A DNA stretch of 64,000 bases from Histomonas meleagridis 2922-C6/04-290x (lineage: Eukaryota > Protista > Parabasalia), in the NCBI GenBank assembly GCA_020184695.1, contig JAANOX010000190.1, positions 62,001 to 126,000 on the forward strand, written 5' to 3'. Each line of letters begins with the position of its first letter. Position 1 is the stretch's first letter. Below are positions 18,825-30,722 of the stretch, in pieces. The notes below the pieces were generated by a model, which was not told the origin of the DNA, did no database searches, and worked only from the letters and a program-made list of their open reading frames with translations. The position numbers and the translations under genes were made by a program.

Positions 18825-21800
18825 ATGACCGAAGGCTTTAACTTCCTCCTCCCAACTATCTGCAACGAAAATTTAGTAGATCCTGACACATCGCAATACT
18901 CATTAGTTGTATATGATAGAAAGATAATATCTGAGGCTACAAGGGTCATAATGAAAAGTTTTGAATCAATGCAAGATGAAGCATATATTTCCACTGAAAA
19001 AAGGCTCGACACAATTATGGAATTCTATGCCGTTGCCTTGACATTGGAAGAAACAGATTATGTAGATATTGGTCATGCAAGTTCAGTATATCGTAAATGG
19101 CTTGAAGATTCCTCATTATTTGGTTCAGCTGAAAGACAAAACCAATATATGATTCGTATTATCAAACAACTGTCGTCACCATTTAATTTAACAACGACAC
19201 CAAACATTAAGAATGAAGGACCAGTTCATCAAATCCTTTCTGACATCATTGATAGCTATCGTAAGTTATTTACTGAACGTGGTACAATGCTTGAAACGAA
19301 TACATGGCGAACACTAGTTTTTGTTCTTATTGGAATCTGTCATCACTTAATTACTGTTAGTTCCTCTTTTTCCAAGAAGGGTCTTGAAGAACTTAAATCC
19401 CAAGCCATCAAATGTTGTTTTTTGTCAATCCAAGTATCCCCATTTACTCAAAACTACGACAAATTCAAAGATGTCTTTGAAGTCTTTCTCACCCATAGTA
19501 AGATATGGTCTGATGACCTAATCTTTATTCAATGTTGGAGTCAAGAGATAAGTACATTATTCCGATATACCAGTGAACGCCTATACAAGCTTCCATTTAC
19601 AGACAACCTATTCCAAACGGGGATCTATTCCACTGGTGGCGAGACTATATCTGATCGATCAGTATCGATATTATTTTATAACACATTACGATCACTTGAA
19701 TTCCGCCGCTCATTTGCAGATCCAGAGTCCGCAGAAGAGTTATACAAAGCCATTGACAAAGTTACAGACATAGCCATTGAAGTCTCTAAGATCAAATCGA
19801 ACTCATTTTTACTCAAGTTCTCTGGCAAAGCATTTATGGAGTTATTTGGGAAGATATTAACATTTGCGCCCATGCAAGACAAGCGCTTTGACAAAGCAGC
19901 GTCAATTCGAGCGATCACGATCATCAAATTGTTGACAAACTTTGACAAGTCAGGCACAGAAGAGACTTTCAAGAAGTTAATTTCAAGTTTATCATTATTC
20001 TTTGATGACACCACACAACATACCGAAGTCGTTGAGTCATTTCTATCTAATGGTATCTCATTATATGGCTCCGATCGACGATTTTTACAATTGATCTCAC
20101 GAATGGTTATCCAAAGTTTACCATTAATCGAAATTAATAACAATCGATCACAAGAAAAGAATTATTCGATTGTCTCAATGTTTGTTTCATCCATAGAAAC
20201 TCAAATATCATTAAGTAATGTCACTAATTATACCTTTAATGACACGAATTTATTTGATAAGTTATACAAAAACTTACAAAACATAAACATACAGCCATTA
20301 TTATATATATTAATGTGTCGAGGAATTAATTATCAATTACCAATCATATCGAAGATGTCTGAATACTTTAGCTTACAAACATTCCAATCATTAGTTGAAC
20401 AAGAAATATCATCAGCATTCATTACAGGATGTATTGATTTCATTGGTACTTCAATACGATTTATACCAGAGATATCATATGAAATTAAAAAGACGAAAAT
20501 CTTCAAACAAATCTTAAATTGTATCTTAAATTGTCGTATCCTTGATGTCTATGATCCATTAAAACTTATCTATTCATGTTTACAAATGATCTTAAATATA
20601 TTGGATAATGATTCGACATTATTTAATGAGCCTGGAACTATACCAATGATATTTAAGTTTATCTCATTTGTTAATAAAAATGTAAGTGAAAAGAAACGTC
20701 AACGAAATCCTTCAAGTTCTAAAACAAGACAACATTCATCGATCCAATTATCATCTCCATTATTTACTTCGAAATCTCCTTCATCAAATGACTTCTCAAA
20801 GTTACAATCATGTGAATCTTCACCACGTTCAAGTCGTAAGAATTCTGCATCTTCATCAAAACTTAATTCACAAATACATTCATTAATATCATTATTGTTA
20901 GCAAGATTAAATTTACATTTACCATTTAATGATCGTTATACACATAAATTTAATTCATCGAATGAAATTAATGAACAATTTATAATTAAACAATTTAATA
21001 TTAATAACCCTGAAATACATTACTTTACTGTAGGGAGATCATTATTAATATCATTCATTGAACAAAAAGATAAAGATGAAACATATATATTATCAAGAGG
21101 ACAATTCGGTAAATCTGCTTGGATATTAACTGAAGATACTATGGGTACTTTAGAAGAACCAAAATTATCTGATGAAATTAAACCAACAGATTTGGATATG
21201 CCAAGTAAACTTGAGAAAGTGGACTTAGTTTGCTTTGGTGAAAATAAAGAAAATATTAATGAAATGACAAATGAAGAATTAGAAAACGCAGATAATAAAT
21301 GTAAAGAATTATATGCAAAAGAATATTCGAAATGGATCAATTGGAATGATAACAAAAACTTCTTCATACCTTTCAATTATAAGCCTGAACGTAATCGATC
21401 ACGTGTTGTAGACTTCATTTCAAGAATTGGGTTATTTGAATCAAACAATAAATTCGATATTCGACCTCAGAATAATTTGGAAAATATCGAAATATCAATA
21501 CGTGAATTCGAAAAGTATGAAAAGCCTTACTTGTTCCCTATCGAAGTCATTCACGTGTTACCAATCGATAAAAGTTATCATTATACTGAAGCACATCAAA
21601 AAAGAATGACACCTTTGATGTTGCGGTTTTTGAAGGAAATCGGGGAGCCGTTTAGCATCAAGAAAGAAGATTCCGAACTAATGAATTGGCCGAAATTAAG
21701 AAGTAGTATACCATCATTCCCAATATTAGGAGGATTCGGAGTGTTCATCTCACCAGCTTTATGTGACGATTCTGAAACATTCGAGAAAATTAAGAATTTA

Positions 21801-22166
21801 CACGCTCCAATTAAGGTTTTGTTTAATGAAACAGAATTCATTTTGAATAAGGAGTTGATTGAAAAGGAGTTTTTGAATGGCTCCGATTCTGATCATTTAA
21901 ATTTGATTTTGATCGTAAAGCCAACTTTGAATGGTTTATACCACGTGACACAAGTAAAGGGTATTAATTACCCAGTGTCACCTTTCTGGGAACAACAAAC
22001 AATGACCCCGAAGACACTTCTGTTCTCTTTAGCTTTGACCATGGAATTGATCGACTATAAGCAAATGCTGTCTTCAAAGTTGAAGGAAAGAAGAAATGCG
22101 CTATCGTTGTTGTGCCAAGAAAATTCTCAGCCTGAGCTGGGAATGATTTCACCTAATAAATTCTAA
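18825..22166 (+). CDS. Large RalGAP/tuberin-like protein (putative degenerate Rap-GAP C-terminus)
   Basis: Long helical N-terminus, YILSRGQFGKSAWI and LRFLKEIG motifs reminiscent of RalGAP subunits. Assignment is by recalled motif similarity only. Confidence 0.5.
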   Translation: MTEGFNFLLPTICNENLVDPDTSQYSLVVYDRKIISEATRVIMKSFESMQDEAYISTEKRLDTIMEFYAVALTLEETDYVDIGHASSVYRKWLEDSSLFGSAERQNQYMIRIIKQLSSPFNLTTTPNIKNEGPVHQILSDIIDSYRKLFTERGTMLETNTWRTLVFVLIGICHHLITVSSSFSKKGLEELKSQAIKCCFLSIQVSPFTQNYDKFKDVFEVFLTHSKIWSDDLIFIQCWSQEISTLFRYTSERLYKLPFTDNLFQTGIYSTGGETISDRSVSILFYNTLRSLEFRRSFADPESAEELYKAIDKVTDIAIEVSKIKSNSFLLKFSGKAFMELFGKILTFAPMQDKRFDKAASIRAITIIKLLTNFDKSGTEETFKKLISSLSLFFDDTTQHTEVVESFLSNGISLYGSDRRFLQLISRMVIQSLPLIEINNNRSQEKNYSIVSMFVSSIETQISLSNVTNYTFNDTNLFDKLYKNLQNINIQPLLYILMCRGINYQLPIISKMSEYFSLQTFQSLVEQEISSAFITGCIDFIGTSIRFIPEISYEIKKTKIFKQILNCILNCRILDVYDPLKLIYSCLQMILNILDNDSTLFNEPGTIPMIFKFISFVNKNVSEKKRQRNPSSSKTRQHSSIQLSSPLFTSKSPSSNDFSKLQSCESSPRSSRKNSASSSKLNSQIHSLISLLLARLNLHLPFNDRYTHKFNSSNEINEQFIIKQFNINNPEIHYFTVGRSLLISFIEQKDKDETYILSRGQFGKSAWILTEDTMGTLEEPKLSDEIKPTDLDMPSKLEKVDLVCFGENKENINEMTNEELENADNKCKELYAKEYSKWINWNDNKNFFIPFNYKPERNRSRVVDFISRIGLFESNNKFDIRPQNNLENIEISIREFEKYEKPYLFPIEVIHVLPIDKSYHYTEAHQKRMTPLMLRFLKEIGEPFSIKKEDSELMNWPKLRSSIPSFPILGGFGVFISPALCDDSETFEKIKNLHAPIKVLFNETEFILNKELIEKEFLNGSDSDHLNLILIVKPTLNGLYHVTQVKGINYPVSPFWEQQTMTPKTLLFSLALTMELIDYKQMLSSKLKERRNALSLLCQENSQPELGMISPNKF

Positions 22167-22249
22167 AAGTAAAATTAAGAGTTTAAAATTGTTTTAATTT
22201 GTATTAAATTAACACTTTGCTTTGATGCATTAAAGTAAATTACTTCACT

Positions 22250-22380
22250 GTTGTTTTGAGGGGATTTAATTGTAATTGTTTTGAAGGGATAAAAAAATTG
22301 TTTTTAAGGGATTTAATTATAATTGTTTTGAAGGGATAAAAAAATTGTTTTAAAGGGAAAAATAATAATTGTTTTTAAGT
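22250..22380. repeat. Short degenerate tandem repeat AATTGTTTT(G/T/A)AAGGGA, about 6 copies (47-nt dimer unit)
   Basis: Copies start near 22274, 22296, 22321, 22343 and 22367. Confidence 0.8.
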
Positions 22381-23178
22381 TTAATAGTAATTGCTTGTTG
22401 GTGATTGTGTTTCAATATGTCAGAAAAAGTTCCGGTTACATAAATCTTTAAAAAAAGAAATAAGTAATGGAATTTTCGAAGTTCATATTCATAATATATA
22501 TTATGAATAGAATCGACACTATTAATGAATTATGATCAAATATTTTTTCATTGTCATATAAATGAAAAAAATAATGACTCTGTTCATATTCAAAAAGTCT
22601 TGAGAAAAGCATTGATTTCAAATATCAACCTAAACAATAATAAAGCAATCAATGATATGCTGTCTGTCGCTTTTTTATATGTTTTAAAAAATTTGTTCTA
22701 TGATCAGACATATGATGATCTGCAATTGCAGATGATTTTATGATAATAATTGGATTTAGAAAACACTCAAAAAATAGAACAAAGATGAAAATAAGATGCA
22801 AGTTTGTGATTTAAAACAGTATTTATTAAAACTTTCCAATACTAAGAAAAAAAACTTTCAATCACTATCTCAGACACCTTTCAATACACAATTCGTAAGT
22901 ATCAAGAAACTCTGATGGATTAAAAGATGCAATACTAATTGTCTTTTCAAAATTAGAAAAACAGTCATCAGCGCAACCATATATATCATTACTTGCTTTA
23001 ACAGTGACTTTTGACATGTTCAAAGGCCTAGAATTTTTTAGAGCGAACAAGAACATCGCAAAAAACATCATCCTGGATATGCACTTTTTGTATAAACAAC
23101 GATTATTTTGAATTCAAAAATTTCCGGTTAAATTTTGTCACTTTTCTGCTACGAATTTTGGTTTGAAGAACTGTACAA

Positions 23179-24474
23179 ATGATTAGCAGAGAAGAGCATG
23201 CAATTCTCCAAAAACAATATGTTCAAATGCATGAAGAAAAACAAGAAATGCAGGCTCAAATACAAGGATATGAACAATCAAATCTCCAAATTGACATTTT
23301 AAAACAACAGATTACCGAAATGCAAGCATTAAAGGCTCGAGAAGATAAACAATTCCAGGAAGAAATTATTCTTCTCAAAACAAAAATATTAAAATATGAA
23401 AGGAGAATAAAACAAGAAAACGACTCTTCACAGCCAAAAACTTGGGATGAAAAAAGATTAATAAAAATGGAAAAGAATCTTAAAGAACTTACAGATCTTT
23501 CCACACAATATAATAATTCAATACATAAACTTGACGAAATATTAGTCAAAGTTCGAAATGAATCTAAACAAATTGATGAATCAATAAAAGGAAAGCAAGC
23601 GCTTCTTTCCAAAGCTTCACAAATTTATAAGAAAATTGGATCTTTTGGATCTATCACAATGAAAACAAATGAACTCGAGAATCAAAAATCAATGATTGAA
23701 AAACAAACTCAAAAAATAGCGCAAAGGATTACTAATCGTAAGAAGTCCATATTAGAAATCACTAATTCCATAGAAACAAAAGAAAAACAATTCGAAGATT
23801 TAGAACATCAAATTAACGTTCTCCATTCAAAAAGTGACAAGCTATCGTCCGAAAAACAAAACCTCGAAAAAGATGTTGAATCTCTTTTAGATAGTTATAA
23901 ATCAATTAGCTCTAAGCTTTCTGAATCTGAGCAAAGACTTCAGGAAGAAAATAAGACAACTGACATTCAACTTCATTCTAAAGAAGAAGATCTGACGAAA
24001 ATTAAATCACAAGTTTCGTCAGTATCAAAGCAAACAGAAGAAATTCTTCAAGGCGTTAGCCAAATGAAGATAGAAATCGATGTTATAGCAAATAAGAAGA
24101 ATGCATTAATTGATCAATTAAAAAAATCAATACAGGAAAAAATTGCAGACATCTCAAGGTCAAGAAGTACATCACCGTATGTGCAGCGCTTGATTAGCTC
24201 ACAAGAACAGCATTGGATCGAAAGACAAAAACTTATTGAAGAATATGAGTCAGTTTATAAACAGCATAAAAAGATAGCCGAAGAAGTCGAAAGGAAGTCA
24301 GAGGTCATCGAACAGGCGAAATTTCTTGCTAAAATGGTGAAAAGAAGTGAATCTAATGATCAGATGGAAAACATGAAAAAACTTTTTTCTCTTGCGCAAA
24401 ATGAAAATAATGGGCTGGCGAGGTCGATATTTGTATTAGAGGATGAGCTAAATATGTTAAAACAAGGAAATTAA
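23179..24474 (+). CDS. Coiled-coil hypothetical protein
   Basis: 431-aa E/K/Q-rich ORF with heptad-like composition. Confidence 0.8.
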   Translation: MISREEHAILQKQYVQMHEEKQEMQAQIQGYEQSNLQIDILKQQITEMQALKAREDKQFQEEIILLKTKILKYERRIKQENDSSQPKTWDEKRLIKMEKNLKELTDLSTQYNNSIHKLDEILVKVRNESKQIDESIKGKQALLSKASQIYKKIGSFGSITMKTNELENQKSMIEKQTQKIAQRITNRKKSILEITNSIETKEKQFEDLEHQINVLHSKSDKLSSEKQNLEKDVESLLDSYKSISSKLSESEQRLQEENKTTDIQLHSKEEDLTKIKSQVSSVSKQTEEILQGVSQMKIEIDVIANKKNALIDQLKKSIQEKIADISRSRSTSPYVQRLISSQEQHWIERQKLIEEYESVYKQHKKIAEEVERKSEVIEQAKFLAKMVKRSESNDQMENMKKLFSLAQNENNGLARSIFVLEDELNMLKQGN

Positions 24475-24818
24475 ATTTGATTTGTAAAAAATGTTTAATC
24501 AATTTTTTGTTATTAAAACTTAAGTACAGTTTTAACTTATGAACTTCGTAAACAATTTTTTTAATTCATTTTTTTTGATGCAACAAAATTAATTTCTTAA
24601 AATTGTTTGAACATGGAAACGATTACCTAAAAAATTACAGCAAATACAAAGAAAAAGCGAATGTAATGTATGAAAACATTCTTTATGAGGGAAATGTTCT
24701 GAATTTTTCAAAGTTTTTTCTTTTAATGTATTTATTGTTTTTTCATATAATTACATTGTGAAGAAATGCTTTTAAAAAAAATTGATAAATAAAATATAGT
24801 ACAAATAAATTTAAAAAA

Positions 24819-25070
24819 ATGTTTGTTATACTTTGGATGTTATCTTTGAAGCTCAATAAAAAGAAAAATAAAAAAGATATTACTATTAAACCAGGATGGA
24901 AACTTGAGAAGATTCACATAATAATAATTGGATGTATTGCAGCTGGCGTCATATTCTTAATCACCATAGGATTCGTATATTATTTTTGCTGTCGAGATAA
25001 TGTAAATCATATGCCTAATTACCAAAACTCATTGCCACATAATCCATATAACAATCAATATGGAGTTTAA
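24819..25070 (+). CDS. Small single-pass membrane protein
   Basis: TM segment IIIIGCIAAGVIFLITIGFVYYF, then CC and a P/N/Y-rich tail; start uncertain. Confidence 0.5.
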   Translation: MFVILWMLSLKLNKKKNKKDITIKPGWKLEKIHIIIIGCIAAGVIFLITIGFVYYFCCRDNVNHMPNYQNSLPHNPYNNQYGV

Positions 25071-25157
25071 TAAAGATTAAATCATTTCTTATTTGTTTTA
25101 TTAAAATGTTTTACTTATATTAAAAAGCAAAATATTTCGACACATTTACTAAAACAA

Positions 25158-28034
25158 TTATTGTCTGAGCACGTCCAACAATGCTTCACTATACAAATAG
25201 TCCATTTTTGATTGATGTCTCTTATAAATGAAAACAATAAAAACGACCAAACCCGCAACAATTATCACGCCAAAAACAGCAACAAGCGCATAAATCGCAA
25301 TGTTCTTTTTCTTGCGATCAAAGTCCAAACATTCATCGACAGATTTACCTTTCATTACTGGAAAATCACCAAACACATTCCCTTGATATTCACCCAAAAC
25401 ATATACTTTCGGTATGGAACAATTAATAAATGCGTTCACTGAAATTTTAGGCTCTTCTGTACCATTAAAATATATACATTTTAATGAGTAACAGTTTTCG
25501 AAGGACTTATCGTTTATCGTCAGACTATTTGAGTAGAAAATGATCGTACTCATTGAATTGCAATTACAAAACGAATACTTGCCGATAGACTTAATTGACT
25601 GAGGTATGGTCAGATCGCTCAATGTCAAGCAGCCCGAAAAAGCGTATTCCATAATGTTGACAATATTTTCAGGTATTTCAATATGCTTTAAGTTAGAACA
25701 CGATATGAAAACGGCGGTTTCTATTTCGCTAATAGAATTTGGAATATTAAAATTCGACAAATTTCGACAAGAACAAAAACAATAGCCTTTAATTCGTTCG
25801 ATGTTATTATAATGGTTAAACACTATTAAGTTATTACAAGAACCGAATGCGAATTCACCAATCATTTTAATTGATTTCGGAATAGTTATATTATACAAAT
25901 TAGAACAAAAAAAGAAAGCAAATCCATTAATGGTAGTTACGTTCTCACCGAACTTTATATCATTTAAGGCTATGCAATATGAAAATCCGTATTCGCCGAT
26001 CACGCAAATCCCATTTGGCAAAGTTATTCTCAGTAAAGACTGACAATAATAAAACAAACAGTAGCTAATTGTCGTTATGTTATCACTTAGTTGAATATTT
26101 GTTAAGTTTGAACAATGATCAAATGCTTCTTGTCCAATATAATGAACTGAGTTTGGTATTGTTAATTCCTTTAATGAAACGCATTGTAAAAATGTTTGAT
26201 TTGATATAACTTGTAAACCTTCTTCCAACAAAACATTTGTTAAATTAACGCAATTCATAAATACATTTGATCCAATTTCTTTAATCGATTTCGGTATTTT
26301 AATTTGTTTAATTCCACTGTAACTAAATGCATCTTCGTCAATGAATTTAATGTTTTCGCCAATGTTAATGTATTCAAGATTAATGCAATACGAAACAAAA
26401 CCATTTGGAATCGCATCGATTTTATTCGGAATGTTAATTCTGGTTAAGTTTTGACATACACTAAAAACTCGTGTACCAATTGACGAAATGTTATTACCGA
26501 ATTTAACATCATTTAAGTTTAAACATCCATAAAATACTTCGTCTCCAAGTGATTGTAATGAGTTTGGTAGTGACAAATGTAACAATAAAATACAATTTGA
26601 AAATGCTCTTTTTCCAATTTGTTGAATGTTATCATTAAATTTAATACTTCTTAATGATAAACAATAATAAAACGCCATATCATTTATACTTATTAATGTC
26701 TTTGGTAATTCTAAAGTTTCAAGTGATACGCAATTACCAAACGCATAATCATATATTACTTTAATGTTATCACTTATTTCAAGATGTTTTAATTCATAAC
26801 AATATGCAAATGAATATTCTTGTACATTCTCAAGTAATTTGGGTAATGTGACAATAGTTAATGACGCACAATTAAAAAACGCACTCCGAGAAATGGTTTT
26901 AACATTCGCAGGAAATGTAATCCTTTGAAGTTTGTTACAATCCGAAAAAGAATCAATGCCAAACTCTTCAATCGTGTCGGGCAATTCGATCTCGCGTAAT
27001 GAACGACAATAACAAAATGTTCGATCGAAAATGGACTTGATTTCACTTTCGATTATGATCGTCTCGATCGAGATGCAATAATAAAATGAATTCTTCCCAA
27101 TGGTTTTGATCGATTTCGGTATCGTTAAGTTTTGTAATGCTTTACACCACCCAAATGAATAGTATTCAATGGTGGTGTCATTCGTACAGAGAAATGTAAT
27201 GTTTATTATGTTGTCACACATATAAAATGCAAATGTGCCAATGTTGTGAACATGTTTGGGTATCGTGAAATTGGTTAATGAGCGACATGATTGGAAACAT
27301 GATGTACATAATGTTTCAACAGTATCTGGTAAAAGTATGCTATTTAGCTTACTGCAGGTTGAAAAACATTCTTTTTCAATTGATTTGGTATGCTTGCCTA
27401 AGGTGACCGTTTCCAAATAAATACAATATGAAAATCCATATTCTGGTATAATGGTAAGTGTGTCTGGTAATGTAACGCTTTTAAGGCGTGTGCGATAAAA
27501 TGCATGATTGCCTAATTTGTTTAGGGATTTTCCAATATTAACTGACGAAAAATTACTACAAAAACCAAAACAATTGTCACCAATCTCTTTAAGTGTGCCT
27601 GGAAATTGAACACTGGAAAGGTGACTACAATATTTGAATGTGGAATTTCCAACTATCTGGAGTTGATTGTTTTGAAATGTAATAGAACGTAAGGATGTGC
27701 ACATATAAAATGCATAATCAGAAATGGTTGTTAAACCTTTGCCAATAATAACCTTTTGTAATTCAAAACATCCAAAAAACCCCGAGAATCCAAGAACTTT
27801 AACTGAATCACCAATAGAAGCTTCTACTAAATACCCCCAACCAGAAAAGGCATTTTTCCCGATTTCTTCAACGCCTTCTGTAATCTGTAGATATTTAACA
27901 AAAGTTCCATTAAATTCCCTTTGTCCTATGATTGTGTGATTATAAATTACAAGTGTGTCGCTTTGATCACATGCAATGTGATTTAAAAATAATGAAGTAA
28001 TGGAATAAATCAGAAGAAAATTTCCAACCCCCAT
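25158..28034 (-). CDS. BspA-like LRR_5 surface protein with many 23-aa repeats and a C-terminal TM
   Basis: More than 30 TpLRR units; TM segment IAIYALVAVFGVIIVAGLVVFIVFIY. Confidence 0.93.
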   Translation of the reverse strand: MGVGNFLLIYSITSLFLNHIACDQSDTLVIYNHTIIGQREFNGTFVKYLQITEGVEEIGKNAFSGWGYLVEASIGDSVKVLGFSGFFGCFELQKVIIGKGLTTISDYAFYMCTSLRSITFQNNQLQIVGNSTFKYCSHLSSVQFPGTLKEIGDNCFGFCSNFSSVNIGKSLNKLGNHAFYRTRLKSVTLPDTLTIIPEYGFSYCIYLETVTLGKHTKSIEKECFSTCSKLNSILLPDTVETLCTSCFQSCRSLTNFTIPKHVHNIGTFAFYMCDNIINITFLCTNDTTIEYYSFGWCKALQNLTIPKSIKTIGKNSFYYCISIETIIIESEIKSIFDRTFCYCRSLREIELPDTIEEFGIDSFSDCNKLQRITFPANVKTISRSAFFNCASLTIVTLPKLLENVQEYSFAYCYELKHLEISDNIKVIYDYAFGNCVSLETLELPKTLISINDMAFYYCLSLRSIKFNDNIQQIGKRAFSNCILLLHLSLPNSLQSLGDEVFYGCLNLNDVKFGNNISSIGTRVFSVCQNLTRINIPNKIDAIPNGFVSYCINLEYINIGENIKFIDEDAFSYSGIKQIKIPKSIKEIGSNVFMNCVNLTNVLLEEGLQVISNQTFLQCVSLKELTIPNSVHYIGQEAFDHCSNLTNIQLSDNITTISYCLFYYCQSLLRITLPNGICVIGEYGFSYCIALNDIKFGENVTTINGFAFFFCSNLYNITIPKSIKMIGEFAFGSCNNLIVFNHYNNIERIKGYCFCSCRNLSNFNIPNSISEIETAVFISCSNLKHIEIPENIVNIMEYAFSGCLTLSDLTIPQSIKSIGKYSFCNCNSMSTIIFYSNSLTINDKSFENCYSLKCIYFNGTEEPKISVNAFINCSIPKVYVLGEYQGNVFGDFPVMKGKSVDECLDFDRKKKNIAIYALVAVFGVIIVAGLVVFIVFIYKRHQSKMDYLYSEALLDVLRQ

Positions 28035-28541
28035 TATGTTTAGCCGTTATGTTCAGGTAAATAAAGTATTCAAATGTTGTAGCGATAAATTCTCTAATTC
28101 CACAAGAAAAAATCTTCATTTTAGTTGTAATTTTATATTAAATTTAACTCTCAAAACTATCAAGATTTAACCAATGTCATTGTATATTTTATGCACTATA
28201 TTCGATTTTTTTTTAAATATATAAAATAATCATGATTTATGATGCATATTAAGTTCAACATTTAAGCAAAAACTTTCATGTTTGTTTGCAATTGAAATCC
28301 TATTATAGTGATTGTTTGCACATATTGATTCCATAAAAAATATGTTTTGGTTCCAAATGTAATTGATTAATTGGAAGAATTTAAATTGGGAATTAATACA
28401 AAAAACATGACATTTTCGTAGTACATATTAAAGCAATCTTTTGATTATAAATGTTTTCAAAGAAAAAAATAGAGGCAATAAAAATGTGAAGAGAAGCACT
28501 TTTCAAACTCTTGTTTGTATACTTTACAAAATCCAGGTTTC

Positions 28542-29861
28542 ATGAGCCAAAAACAAAAACATGAAATCGAATGCCAATTTTGTTTCAGTAAATCTGTCTC
28601 AAGGCAAGAAGATGGAACTTACATATGTATGAATTGTCATGCAATCCAAGATATACAAGATACATTTGATGAATATGATAATTTAGCAGGGAACGAAAAA
28701 ACATCCATGTCTTTTCGTATTTCTCAGTCTTCGCAAATTGAAGATAGATCAAATTATGTTGTGTTGTATGAATCAATGCAATTAATCCTTGCTTGTCAAA
28801 CTGTATCTGCTGAGAAAATTTTACATGTTTCATTGTCAGATACAGTTTTTCATTACCTACAACAATTTTATTATTTAATTAAACCACCAATTAAGGAAAT
28901 TTCATTCAAGTTCACACTACTAATTCTTCTTAGTGCTATAAACCATATTGGTCTTCCTGTTACATGTCTTGACCTTATCAGGTGGATTCGTGATGGTCTT
29001 CTTCCATATAATTATCCATTAGAATTTCTCCCGTCTTCTTTTACAGATCGTCTTTCTCCAGCTGAATCAAAGCTTCTCCATGCCCCCATTATTAATACCA
29101 ACAATCTTATCATAGATGAAGGCTATCCAATTTCAGTATCCATGCATCCTCTACCGAATTGCAGACTTACATTATGGCGTATTGCTTCTATCCTTGGTGT
29201 ACCCGCACGTTCTTTTGTCGAGTTTTGTATTAGTTTAGCGCAAGATCCCAATCTCATTACATCATCACTTAAAAAAACGCTTGATCCTAATCGAATTTTA
29301 TATACATCCACTAAACTTAATAGCTATGGGTTTTCCATCCCAATATCTCTCTCTATTTTTGCGATGACAATAATCTATCGACTTGATGGAACAGATTGGA
29401 TTCATCCAACGTTTCAAAAACTTGGATTTCCAATGTTTAAAGATGTATTAAAACGACTTTCGGAGACTATTGATGTCCATCCCGCATTTCCTAATCTGAA
29501 TGTACGTTTACCACATATGAACAATGATATCTCAACACTACTCAGTGATAATGAGCCACTAAACATTGAAGTTAAATGCATTATAAATGATGTATCACGC
29601 GGATTTGGTAAAGAAGTGAAATTACCAACAAATGAAAAATTAATGGCGAATGTAAATAATGACGTACGAGCGTTAATATGCGCATTAGGGAGAGCTTTCG
29701 GGATAACAGAGCAAGCAATAATGAGGCAATATTGGCATTTGTTAAAAAGGAGATTCGGAATGAAATATAAATCTTATAGTGGTGGAGGTGAAGAAGAAGT
29801 GACTGAAAGTGAAGAAAATGAGTATTTTAGAATAGCAGACTTTAAAAAATTGTTTGATTTG

Positions 29862-29864
<3 letters not shown>
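28542..29864 (+). CDS. TAF1B/Rrn7-like RNA polymerase I initiation factor
   Basis: N-terminal zinc ribbon CQFC...CMNC and the DLIRWIRDGLLPY motif characteristic of Rrn7/TAF1B. Confidence 0.7.

Positions 29865-29904
<40 letters not shown>
29865..29904. repeat. (AT)n microsatellite directly after the stop codon
   Basis: Pure AT run. Confidence 0.95.
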
Positions 29905-29909
<5 letters not shown>

Positions 29910-30137
29910 TGTTTCTTATGTAAAATACTTAGATTTTGAGGCATTTCATGTGTTTGAGTATACGTACTAAAATTTGTTTAAACACTTTCGTTTTACACTT
30001 GTTATTTGATTCGATTTTGGCCATTGGTAATATTATCACACCTTTATTACGATATGATAATCTTTATTTTTATGCAATCACTGATCAAATTGACAATTTC
30101 ATTGAAGCTATTTCTAAATGCTATACCAAGTGCTACT

Positions 30138-30590
30138 TCAAATTATTAAATCATATATAAAAACAGTTACAACTAATGTATAAAAATCATAATGATAACA
30201 TTCGTCAGGTGTTGTTCCCTTAGTAATATTCAAATTTACAAATGTTTTTTGATAAGTTTCTAATATCATAACTGTTGTTGTATTTATATCAATAAAAGCA
30301 TCATTTTGTATTTCTGGTGAAATTTCTCCAATAAAATGAATACATTTTAGTGATGTACAAGAATTAATATAATGAATATTTTCACCAATAAAAATTCTTT
30401 CTAAATTAATACAACTTACATATGCATCATCCATAATAGAAGTTACTAGGAATTGCAAATACCTTAATTTTCCCATTTTATAATTCGAATATTCAAAAAT
30501 TTCATCTAAAACATTGATAAATTGGGAATTTGCACATTCTAAAAATGGATTTCCAATTGAATAAACAGAACTTGGTATATAAATATTCAC
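30138..30590 (-). pseudogene. Condensed BspA relic
   Basis: IPSSVYSIGNPFLEC, SCINLERIFIGEN, SCTSLKCIHFIG and KGTTPDEC match successive parts of the 9244 gene with large gaps between them. Confidence 0.65.
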
Positions 30591-30722
30591 AAATTTAATA
30601 TATACATTATAAATTTAAAGAACTATTATATTTAAGAAAGGATTGCACAATTCTTTAGAATTTAATGATTTAATTGTTTCATTTTTTATCAAAAATTAGA
30701 TTTTTATAAAAACATATGAGAT

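Noticed and set aside
22440-23080. Minus-strand gene at 22865-23071 and adjacent frames
   Set aside because: Short and stop-riddled with no recognisable family; possibly another relic but not supportable.
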